The notes below the pieces were generated by a model, which had not been told where the DNA came from, searched no databases, and saw only the letters and a program-made list of their open reading frames with translations. From positions 166,567-230,566 of the forward strand of contig DBYW01000003.1 in NCBI GenBank assembly GCA_002311645.1: DNA of 64,000 bases. Reading direction: 5' to 3'. This stretch comes from Bacteroidales bacterium UBA1176 (GTDB lineage Bacteria > Bacteroidota > Bacteroidia > Bacteroidales > WCHB1-69). Below are positions 35,401 through 42,999 of this stretch, one piece after another (position 1 is the first letter of the stretch; each line of letters starts with the position of its first letter). Made by a program: the position numbers and the translations under genes.

Positions 35401-38400
35401 CTATTGTTTTCGATGACAACGAATCTATTGAAACCAATGTGTATGTCAACACCTTTGATGCGGTTGCACCCACCTCCACCCTCATCGCCGATATAAACGA
35501 GCAGGATTCCTTGTACTGCACCTTCACCTTCGACGCACAGGATGACGCCAACGGCTCAGGCGTGAAGGAGGTCGAGGTGCTCGTGTCCAAGAACAACGGT
35601 CCCTACCGCTCCATGGGCACCTCCACTCCTGACAGCAGCGTGACATTCGCCCTCGAAAGCGGCATGCACTACCAGTTCATGTCCATTGCCACGGACAATG
35701 TGAACAACAAGGAGGCTTCCAAGATCCAGCCCGACACTGTCATCAACTACAACACCGCCCCCATCGAACTCATGCTGAGTGGCAACACTTTCTATGAATA
35801 TGACCCGAAGAACACCCTCGTCGGCACCTTGTCCACCGTGGACGATGACATGAGCCAACCCTTCGTCTATACCTTAGTGAGCGGCGTAGGCGATGATGAC
35901 AACGCCCTCTTCACGATAGAAGGCAACATGCTCAAAACCGACACAACGTTTGTATGCAGCCGGGATTTGGACTATTATGTACGCGTGAGAACCACGGATT
36001 TCGGCGGCCTCTACTGCGAGAGGAGCTTCAGACTGAAGGAGATCCGCCAACACGTCACCCCAACCGTCACGGTGCCCAAAGCGATATGCGAGGGTGAGAG
36101 CATCGATTTCTATGGAACCGTGCTCTCAACGGCAGGTTCCTACTCCAAGACCCTGCAGACCCCCGAAGGCTGCGACAGTATTGTTGTCTGGGTCCTGACG
36201 GTGAACCCGATCTATAATGTAACACGCGACACCATCGTCTGCAACAAGTTCGTCTGGAACGACAGCTCCTATATGGTCAGCGACACCATCAGCCACACCT
36301 ACATCCTGGCCACCGGCTGCGACAGCACTGTGACCTACAACCTGACGGTGAATCACAGCTCAGCAGGCATTGACACGCAAATCGCCTGCGACAGCCTCAC
36401 CTGGATAGATGGCATAACGTATTATGCCAGCACGAACACCCCAACCTTCACGCTGACGAACGCCGTCGGCTGCGACTCTTTGGTCACCCTGAACCTCACA
36501 GTGAACTACAGCACAGAAAGCTTTGACAAGTTAGTCGCCTGCGACAGTCTCACCTGGATAGACGGCATAACCTATACCGAAAGCACATCCACCCCGACCT
36601 TCACACTGACGAACGCCGCCGGCTGTGACTCTGTGGTCACCCTAATGCTGACAGTACTCCACAGCACGCACAACTCGTTCGACACGGTTGTCTGCGAAAG
36701 CTACACATGGAATGGTGTCACCTATACCCAAACGGGCACCTACACCCACGAGTACACCAACGGTGATGGCTGCGCCAGTGCCGACACCCTGCACCTGACG
36801 GTATACCATGGCACGCACGATGTCCTTGACATAGTTGCATGCGACAGTTATGCTTGGCATGGTGTCACCTACACCCACGAGTACACCAACAGCAACGGTT
36901 GCGCAAGCGCCGACACCCTGCACCTCACGGTCCACCATGGCACGCACAACTCCTTCGAAACGGTTGTCTGCGAAAGCTATGTTTGGCATGGTGTCACCTA
37001 CACCCACGAGTACACCAACAGCGAAGGCTGTGTGAGCGTCGACACCCTGCACCTGACAGTACATTATGGCACACACAATGTATTTGACACAGTTGTCTGC
37101 GAAAGCTACGTGTGGCATGGCGTCACCTACACCCAAACGGGCACTTACACCTACACATACGACAATGCCAGTGCCAACGGCTGCGCCAGCATCGACACGC
37201 TGCACCTGACAGTACTCCACGGCACGCACAACTCCTTCGAAACGGTGGCCTGCGAAAGCTATGTGTGGAACGGTGTCACCTACACCCAAACCGGCACCTA
37301 CACCCACGAGTACACCAATAGCGAAGGCTGCGCGAGCGTCGACACGCTGCATCTGACAGTACACTACGGCACGCACAACTCGTTCGAAACGGTGGCCTGC
37401 GACAGTTATGCTTGGAATGGCGTCACCTACACCCAAACCGGCACCTACATCCACGAGTACACCAACAGCGACGGTTGTGCGAGCGCCGACACGCTGCACC
37501 TGACGGTACATTATGGCACACACAACTCGTTTGAGACGGTTGCCTGCGAAAGCTATGTGTGGAACGGTGTCACCTACACCCAAACCGGCACCTACACTCA
37601 CGAGTACACCAACAGCGACGGCTGCGCGAGCGTCGACACGCTGCACTTGACAGTACATTACGGCACGCACAATGTCCTCGACACCGTTGTTTGCGAAAGC
37701 TACGTGTGGAATGGCGTCACCTACACCCAAACCGGCACTTACACTCATGAGTACACCAACAACGACGGCTGCTCCAGTGCCGACACGCTGCATTTGACGG
37801 TATACCATGGCACGCACAACTCGTTCGAAACGGTCGTCTGCGAAAGCTATGTTTGGAATGGCGTCACCTACACCCAAACGGGCACCTACACCCACGAGTA
37901 CACCAACAACGACGGTTGCGCGAGCGTTGACACGCTGCACCTGACGGTACATTACGGCACACACAATGTCCTCGACACGATTGTTTGCGAAAGCTACGTG
38001 TGGAATGGTGTCACCTACACCCAAACCGGCACTTACACCCATGAGTACACCAACGGCGACGGCTGCGGCAGTGCCGACACGCTGCACTTGACAGTATACC
38101 ACGGCACGCACAACTCGTTCGAAACGGTTGCATGCGACAGCTACGTGTGGAATGGTGTCACCTACACCCAAACGGGCACCTACACCCACGAGTACACCAA
38201 CAGCGACGGCTGCTCCAGTGCCGACACGCTGCACCTGACGGTACTCCACGGCACAAATAATTCGTTTGAGGCTGTTGCTTGCGAAAGTTATGCATGGAAT
38301 TACGTGACCTACACCGAATCCGGCACCTACACGTATAGTTATACCAACGCAAATGGTTGTGTCTGTGTCGACACCTTGCATTTGACGATATACTATGGCA

Positions 38401-39263
38401 GCCACGATGCGACAACCGTCTCCGACTGCGAGTCTTACGTGTGGCACGGCTCCACCTACACCGAATCCGGCACCTATACGGATAATTACACCACTGCAAA
38501 TGGATGCGCCAGTTCCGACACGCTGTACCTGACCATCAACCACGGCACGCACAACTCATTCGACACGGTCGTCTGCGGAAGCTATGTATGGAATAACGTG
38601 ACCTACACCACATCAGGCTCACATACATACAATTACACCAACGCAAATGGATGTGCCTCTGTCGACACCTTGCACCTGACCGTCTATCATACCACCACAA
38701 GCATCGACGTGCAGGAAGCTTGCGACAGCTACGCATGGATTGACGGCTCAGTCTACACCGAAAGCGTCACAACCCCGTCCATCACGCTGACCAGTGCCGC
38801 CGGCTGCGACTCGATTGTGACACTGCACCTGACCATCTATGAGTCAACCTCTTCTGAATTCTCCATTGTCACCCATGACTCTTGCTACAACTGGAACGGT
38901 ATCGACTACTGTCAGTCTGGCGATTACGTGCAGACTTTGCAGACCGAGGACGGCTGCGACTCTGTTGTAACCCTGCATCTGACCATTGAAACTGGAATTG
39001 ACGACCACCAGATGAGAGCGTCCATGAATGTGTATCCGAATCCTACCAACGACAACGTCACTGTACAATTGATAACAAACAACAACCAATTTGAAGATGT
39101 GGACATTCAATTGTACGACATGTACGGCAAATGGTTGGGGACTTGGAAGATGACGGGAGAAACGACCGAAATCGACCTTTCGACTTACGCTGCCGGCATC
39201 TATTTCATCAAGGCTGTTGACGGGCAACGTATGATCGATGTCCGCAAAGTCGTGAAAGAGTAA
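32460..39263 (+). CDS. T9SS-sorted giant surface protein, 2267 aa (Ig-like units, poly-Asp, cadherin-like domain, about 20 Cys-repeats, type-A CTD)
   Basis: Signal peptide. The cadherin-like segment reads NTAPIELMLSGNTF..VGTLSTVDDD..YTLVSGVGDDDNALFTIEGNML. The C-terminal sorting domain reads NVYPNPTNDNVTVQ...AAGIYFIKAVDGQRMIDVRKVVKE. Confidence 0.9.
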   Translation: MKKHSSIFFKTTALAVLLTILTGGAFAQAPGEGTHNVTVATGCGSYTWSANGVSYQASGIYTYAYENTSGEASVDTLKLTIYPVPNVKIKGNDTVCFGVISGLKATGATTYWWWHTADNMAATINTVPRDSITVTLTEIDTFIVVGTNSYGCQATDTLPVLVLPLPSVVAHAHTSRICKGQSVVLTAEGASAYSWSPGGLLGQPVEVSPKRTTTYWVTGVDDFGCRAKASITVEVEAVKIMASPSLTVCEGESVTLTASGAFSYSWNYGVPGATTPSIEVVESGVYIVTGHHNGCNTSDTAIVTVHPKPNVTISGNDVVCPDESSTLTASGADEYSWSNGQTTASIEVNAAGVYTVTGTDSHGCSVTVPKLLTNGTHPIINVTGAGEVCSGSTLLLSAENVSTCVWKDTLGNILGNTPQLQVAPTENMLYKVYGEVNGNNCSGMGVKYIRVYPLPEISIISDSLVCEGGEVVLAASSHYPGTISYIWPGYGNGSSITVTQNESQKTYTLVGVTGHDCRASVSKTIRTRMGVGQRERISVCGENRSWHGQVYFTSGTYISSYATFDEHNCPCYDTLDLILNYNTGQTERWSESEYYYWDKTGQTYYYSGTYTTDEYPNSNGCMTADTLHLTIINEDVFQNDCMIYGFMVKEESCDPGHDGIIKLSVDEDAASDFDIEWNLGNGQTSSSLVVNGVRKGSYPVKVKSLTCPDVIYYEDVIEVTREDGCRDDDDDDDDGGSGPTVSISGPTSVTASCEDLPSCTYTVVVSGGTPPYSTPPVYTFTCTPSGHTRLSRSVTDSKGRTGHGYLDVYGKKEDCPHDPNLITGPEGYTEEKRFVNATDKMEYRIDFENDPNFATAPATRVKITYDVPAEQNLGSFRLGEFGFGSFIYSVPSNVNSYYQRIDVSDSLGVWVDVTAGLDIMNHQLFWIFQSIDPATGAEPVSSQIGFLPINDSLSHGEGYVTYYISPNSTVATGDTVAAQATIVFDDNESIETNVYVNTFDAVAPTSTLIADINEQDSLYCTFTFDAQDDANGSGVKEVEVLVSKNNGPYRSMGTSTPDSSVTFALESGMHYQFMSIATDNVNNKEASKIQPDTVINYNTAPIELMLSGNTFYEYDPKNTLVGTLSTVDDDMSQPFVYTLVSGVGDDDNALFTIEGNMLKTDTTFVCSRDLDYYVRVRTTDFGGLYCERSFRLKEIRQHVTPTVTVPKAICEGESIDFYGTVLSTAGSYSKTLQTPEGCDSIVVWVLTVNPIYNVTRDTIVCNKFVWNDSSYMVSDTISHTYILATGCDSTVTYNLTVNHSSAGIDTQIACDSLTWIDGITYYASTNTPTFTLTNAVGCDSLVTLNLTVNYSTESFDKLVACDSLTWIDGITYTESTSTPTFTLTNAAGCDSVVTLMLTVLHSTHNSFDTVVCESYTWNGVTYTQTGTYTHEYTNGDGCASADTLHLTVYHGTHDVLDIVACDSYAWHGVTYTHEYTNSNGCASADTLHLTVHHGTHNSFETVVCESYVWHGVTYTHEYTNSEGCVSVDTLHLTVHYGTHNVFDTVVCESYVWHGVTYTQTGTYTYTYDNASANGCASIDTLHLTVLHGTHNSFETVACESYVWNGVTYTQTGTYTHEYTNSEGCASVDTLHLTVHYGTHNSFETVACDSYAWNGVTYTQTGTYIHEYTNSDGCASADTLHLTVHYGTHNSFETVACESYVWNGVTYTQTGTYTHEYTNSDGCASVDTLHLTVHYGTHNVLDTVVCESYVWNGVTYTQTGTYTHEYTNNDGCSSADTLHLTVYHGTHNSFETVVCESYVWNGVTYTQTGTYTHEYTNNDGCASVDTLHLTVHYGTHNVLDTIVCESYVWNGVTYTQTGTYTHEYTNGDGCGSADTLHLTVYHGTHNSFETVACDSYVWNGVTYTQTGTYTHEYTNSDGCSSADTLHLTVLHGTNNSFEAVACESYAWNYVTYTESGTYTYSYTNANGCVCVDTLHLTIYYGSHDATTVSDCESYVWHGSTYTESGTYTDNYTTANGCASSDTLYLTINHGTHNSFDTVVCGSYVWNNVTYTTSGSHTYNYTNANGCASVDTLHLTVYHTTTSIDVQEACDSYAWIDGSVYTESVTTPSITLTSAAGCDSIVTLHLTIYESTSSEFSIVTHDSCYNWNGIDYCQSGDYVQTLQTEDGCDSVVTLHLTIETGIDDHQMRASMNVYPNPTNDNVTVQLITNNNQFEDVDIQLYDMYGKWLGTWKMTGETTEIDLSTYAAGIYFIKAVDGQRMIDVRKVVKE
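36087..38990 (+). repeat. In-frame tandem coding repeats (126/144-bp units, about 20 copies; high-identity core 36693-38279)
   Basis: Repeated unit: C(E/D)SY(V/A)W(N/H)GVTYTQTGTYTHEYTN.DGC.S.DTLHLTV.(Y/H)GTHN.F.TV. Confidence 0.9.
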
Positions 39264-39287
39264 GGGAAGCGGATTTATGAGTTTTGC

Positions 39288-39322
39288 AAGAGGGCGCGCC
39301 AAATTGGCGCGCCCTCTTTTTT
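39288..39322 (+). terminator. Strong rho-independent terminator closing the giant operon
   Basis: Perfect 13-bp stem AAGAGGGCGCGCC/GGCGCGCCCTCTT with loop AAATT, followed by a T-run. Confidence 0.8.
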
Positions 39323-39353
39323 GGGGGGAGCATGATATAGGTGATGACCTGCG

Positions 39354-39374
39354 GTTTTGGATATTGGATATTGG
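39354..39374. repeat. Three heptad units (CCAATAT CCAATAT CCAAAAC) in minus orientation
   Basis: Plus strand reads GTTTTGGATATTGGATATTGG. This is the same 11-mer CCAATATCCAA found at 16834 and 16953, but inverted. Confidence 0.7.
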
Positions 39375-39544
39375 CCATTTGCCGTTAGCATTATTTATAT
39401 GACATTCTAACACGCAAGCATCTTCGTCACGCTGGTGTACTGTGTATTTTCCACGATTTCTCTGTTTGCACAGCCGTGTCACGGGTATAATAAACGATAG
39501 GACATGGGTGCCGAATAGGAATTGCGGGAATAGGAAAAATATTG

Positions 39545-39552
39545 TATCTTTG
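39545..39552 (+). promoter_or_regulatory. -7 box TATCTTTG for bamD
   Basis: TAnnTTTG match 17 nt before the ATG at 39569. It argues against the upstream ATG at 39542. Confidence 0.5.
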
Positions 39553-39568
39553 CACGTTTATAACCATC

Positions 39569-40507
39569 ATGGTGAAGTATATAGTTAACATATTGATACT
39601 GACGCTATTGGCTTCATCCTCGGCATATTGTGCCGCGGACTTTGCCCTATTGCGCGCTCCATTCACGCCCGTACAGGCCCCAACGACGTGCGTGCTTGAC
39701 ACGTCCAAGCCCGGCACGAAACCCGGGAAACAGCCCAAACAGAAGAAAGAACGCGTGGGCAACTCGCGCAAGATAACCTTCGAGAACTTCGACCAGAGCT
39801 ACGAAAGAGCCCTGAAGTTCTACGAAAACCACCAATATCTCTCCGCTGCCGGCATGTTTGAAGAGCTCTACCCGCTCTCCCTCGGCACCCCGCGCGCCGA
39901 CACCATCCTCTTCCTCTTCGCCGAATGCTACTACAAGAACAAAGACTACAACATGGCCGCCTTCCACTTCCGCGACTACGTGCGGCGCTTCCCCAACACC
40001 GAGAAGACTGAGGATGCCTTCTATTACTGCATCTCCGCCATCTACAACTCCTCACCCGACTATAGCCTCGACCAATCCAACACCGAATACGCCATCGAGG
40101 AGATCAAAGCCTTCCTCCAGGCCTACCCCAACAACAGCCATATCGAGGAGTGCAACCTGATGCTCGACAACCTCCGCGTCAAGCTGGCGCGCAAAGACCT
40201 CGAGATACTCAAACTCTACTACAACACCGACAATTACGAGGCTTGCCAAATCGCCGCCAAAAATTTCTTCAACGACTACTCCTACTCGCCACTCATGCCC
40301 GAAGCCATCTACTATCTTGTCCTCAACAACTACGAATACGCCCGCAAGAGCGTCGAGAAGAAGAAAGAAGAACGCTACAAGGCCTGCCTCGACGCATGCG
40401 AGCGCATGGAACGCAACTACCCCGACTCCAAATACGCCAAGGAAACGAACCGCATCAGCGCCGATGTGAAGAAAAATCTCGAAAAAATACAGAAAAAAAC
40501 TAATTAA
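39569..40507 (+). CDS. bamD: Outer membrane protein assembly factor BamD (TPR lipoprotein)
   Basis: Lipobox-like LLASSSAYC and YfiO-type TPR body (YYKNKDYNMAAFHFRDYVRRFPN...). Lies in the conserved position before rpoZ-coaBC. Confidence 0.8.
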   Translation: MVKYIVNILILTLLASSSAYCAADFALLRAPFTPVQAPTTCVLDTSKPGTKPGKQPKQKKERVGNSRKITFENFDQSYERALKFYENHQYLSAAGMFEELYPLSLGTPRADTILFLFAECYYKNKDYNMAAFHFRDYVRRFPNTEKTEDAFYYCISAIYNSSPDYSLDQSNTEYAIEEIKAFLQAYPNNSHIEECNLMLDNLRVKLARKDLEILKLYYNTDNYEACQIAAKNFFNDYSYSPLMPEAIYYLVLNNYEYARKSVEKKKEERYKACLDACERMERNYPDSKYAKETNRISADVKKNLEKIQKKTN

Positions 40508-40521
40508 ACATATATCATTTT

Positions 40522-40851
40522 ATGAAAGCTGCAGACTATAAGAAACTGAAAATCGACCCCTTCGCCAAGACCAAGGACATCAGCAAATACGACCACGAGA
40601 CGGGCAACTTCTACAAGAGTATCGTCATCATGTCGAAACGTGCCGACCAAATTGCCAGCGACCTCAAGCAGGAGTTCATCGAGAATTCCCAACAATACGC
40701 CAACACTTCCGAGACGTTAGAGGAGGTTTTCGAGAACCGCGAGCAAATCGAGCTCTCCAAGTTCTACGAGCAACTGCCCAAGCCCACCCAGTTGGCAATG
40801 TATGAGTTCGAGCACGGCCAGATCCATTTCAAGGACGAAGACGAAGACTAA
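40522..40851 (+). CDS. rpoZ: RNA polymerase omega/Rpb6-like subunit (Bacteroidota form)
   Basis: 109-aa acidic ORF in the conserved slot between bamD and coaBC. Contains an SIVIMSKRADQI-type helix. Confidence 0.6.
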   Translation: MKAADYKKLKIDPFAKTKDISKYDHETGNFYKSIVIMSKRADQIASDLKQEFIENSQQYANTSETLEEVFENREQIELSKFYEQLPKPTQLAMYEFEHGQIHFKDEDED

Positions 40852-40860
40852 CCCCACACC

Positions 40861-42075
40861 ATGGACGGCAACAGCAAACATATCGTCCTCGGCATCACGG
40901 GAGGCATCGCGGCTTACAAGTCGATGCTGCTCATCCGGCTGTTCAAACGGCACGGCTATGAGGTGCGCGTGACCGCCACGCGCCATGCACTCGAGTTTGT
41001 CACTCCGCTGACCATCGAGACGCTGTCGCAGAACAAGCTCTACACCGAGCTTTTCGACCCCACGGAACACCGCGACGTGCAACACATCAGCATGGCGGAC
41101 TGGGCCGACTGCGTGGTGGTGGCACCCGCCACGGCCAACATCATCGGCAAGTACGCACACGGCATCGCCGACGACGCGCTCTCCACCCTGCTATTGGCGG
41201 CCAAAGGGCCTGTGTTTGTCGCCCCGGCCATGAACGACCGCATGTTCGCCGAGCCGACCGTACAACACAACATTGAACTGCTGCGCCAAAAAGGGTGCCA
41301 TATCATAGAGCCTCAAAGCGGCTTCCTGGCGTGCGGCACGGAAGGCACCGGCCGCATGGAGGAACCAGAGCGCATCTTCGACATCGTAAACCAGTATTTC
41401 CAAGGTGAACAAATCCTCGCCGGCAGACGTGTCATGGTCACCGCAGGGCCCACCTACGAGCCCATCGATCCCGTGCGCTTCATCGGGAACCACTCTTCCG
41501 GCCTGATGGGCTTCTCCATCGCGGAGGCCGCAGCCGAATGGGGCGCTGAAGTCACCCTCGTCACCGGCCCCACCAACCTCAGCACCCGCCATCCCGGCAT
41601 CAAGCGCATCGACGTGACCACCGCCGCCCAGATGTTCGAGGCTTGCATGGCTGTCGCCGAACAGCAAGACATCATGATCATGTCCGCCGCCGTCGCCGAC
41701 TTCACCCCTGAGAACACCGCGTCCGAGAAGATCAAGAAAACCGCCGACACCCTCGACCTGCACTTGGTCAAGACCCGCGACATCCTCGCCACCATCGGCC
41801 AACAGAAACGTGACGACCAGTTCCTCGTGGGCTTCGCACTCGAGACCCAAAACGAAAAAGTCAACGCCCTCAAGAAACTGCACACTAAAAACGCCGACAT
41901 GATCGTTCTCAACTCATTGCGCACCGAGGGTGCGGGATTCCGCACCCCCACCAACAAGGTGCTCATGATCACCCGCGACGAGCAGACGTTCGAGAGCGAA
42001 CTCAAGGACAAGAAAGACATCGCCCGCGACATCCTGCGACTCGTACACGACCTCACGAACCCAAAAGCCCAATAA
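40861..42075 (+). CDS. coaBC: Bifunctional phosphopantothenoylcysteine decarboxylase/phosphopantothenate--cysteine ligase
   Basis: Flavoprotein N-terminus GITGGIAAYK, CoaB C-terminal half, 404 aa. Confidence 0.9.
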   Translation: MDGNSKHIVLGITGGIAAYKSMLLIRLFKRHGYEVRVTATRHALEFVTPLTIETLSQNKLYTELFDPTEHRDVQHISMADWADCVVVAPATANIIGKYAHGIADDALSTLLLAAKGPVFVAPAMNDRMFAEPTVQHNIELLRQKGCHIIEPQSGFLACGTEGTGRMEEPERIFDIVNQYFQGEQILAGRRVMVTAGPTYEPIDPVRFIGNHSSGLMGFSIAEAAAEWGAEVTLVTGPTNLSTRHPGIKRIDVTTAAQMFEACMAVAEQQDIMIMSAAVADFTPENTASEKIKKTADTLDLHLVKTRDILATIGQQKRDDQFLVGFALETQNEKVNALKKLHTKNADMIVLNSLRTEGAGFRTPTNKVLMITRDEQTFESELKDKKDIARDILRLVHDLTNPKAQ

Positions 42076-42084
42076 ACGAACACT

Positions 42085-42993
42085 ATGATGAAAAGAATCC
42101 TGACCCTGACCCTCGCTCTTCTCTTGGGCTGCATGCTGCACGCCCAAGACTTCCAATGCCAGGTCTCGGTCAACGCCCACCAAGTGACAGGCGGATCCAA
42201 CACACAGAAATACAATGATTTGCAGCAAAAGTTATACCAATTCGTTCATGACCGCAAATGGTGCCAGTACAACCTCAAGATGAACGAACGCATCGAGTGC
42301 GCCCTGCAAATCAACCTCACCAAGGTCTCCGGTGACGTCTTTGAAGGCACCATGACCATCCTGCTGCAACGCCCCGTCTACAAAGCCAGCTACAAGACCA
42401 CGCTGATCAACTTCCAGGACAAGAACATCCAGTTCACCTACGCCGAGGGCGACCCTTTGGAGTATGCCGACGGCCAAAACCTCTCCCAGTTCACATCGCT
42501 CATAGCCTATTACCTCAACCTTTTCCTCGCTGTGGAATTCGACAGTTTCTCCATGAACGGAGGCGCACCCTATTTCACCAAGATGCAATCCATCGTCAAC
42601 TTCAACCAATCAGCGCGGGAAAAGGGTTGGAGCGTGGCTGACGGAGGTCAAAACAACCGTTATTGGATCATGGAGAATTTCACCAATGGCACCTACAGCA
42701 AGCTGCATGATTTCTACTATCAGTACCATCGCTTAGGATTGGATGTCATGAGCGAGTCACCCGATGCCGGTCGCGCCGTCATTCTTGAAAGCCTGAAGCT
42801 GTTGCAGCAAGTGAGCCAGCAGCGCTCCAACTTGGCCATTGTCAAGGTCATTGCCGCCACCAAATGCGACGAAATCGTCAACATCTTCAAGGAGGGCATG
42901 CCCAGCGAGAAGACGCAGGTCATCAACATCATGAAACAAATCGACCCCACCAACTCCTCCCGATACGACGCCATTAACACAGCCACTAAATAG
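42085..42993 (+). CDS. DUF4835-like secreted protein
   Basis: Signal peptide MMKRILTLTLALLLGCMLHAQ. Occupies the conserved position between coaBC and recN seen in Bacteroidota. Confidence 0.55.
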   Translation: MMKRILTLTLALLLGCMLHAQDFQCQVSVNAHQVTGGSNTQKYNDLQQKLYQFVHDRKWCQYNLKMNERIECALQINLTKVSGDVFEGTMTILLQRPVYKASYKTTLINFQDKNIQFTYAEGDPLEYADGQNLSQFTSLIAYYLNLFLAVEFDSFSMNGGAPYFTKMQSIVNFNQSAREKGWSVADGGQNNRYWIMENFTNGTYSKLHDFYYQYHRLGLDVMSESPDAGRAVILESLKLLQQVSQQRSNLAIVKVIAATKCDEIVNIFKEGMPSEKTQVINIMKQIDPTNSSRYDAINTATK

Positions 42994-42999
42994 CTTGTC

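Noticed and set aside
36642-38552. 636-aa ORF on the minus strand
   Set aside because: It lies exactly antisense to the tandem repeat array of the 2267-aa gene. Its periodic Val/Gly/Ala-rich translation mirrors the repeats, and the plus-strand frame has the signal peptide, domains and CTD.
36087-38990. Regular repeats as a possible CRISPR array
   Set aside because: There is no repeat/spacer alternation. The units are contiguous, in frame, 126/144 bp long and part of one ORF. No cas genes are present.
16206-39322. Classical tRNA-integrated genomic island
   Set aside because: There is no integrase, no direct repeat of the tRNA 3' end near 39.3 kb and no mobility genes. I report only that the accessory operon lies next to the tRNA.
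39542-39568. Upstream ATG for bamD, and similarly the extended starts of ORFs 44456, 45115, 45488, 45991 and 58668
   Set aside because: The extensions overlap the preceding gene or the promoter box and encode Arg/Pro-rich junk. Internal Mets give proper signal peptides or canonical N-termini.
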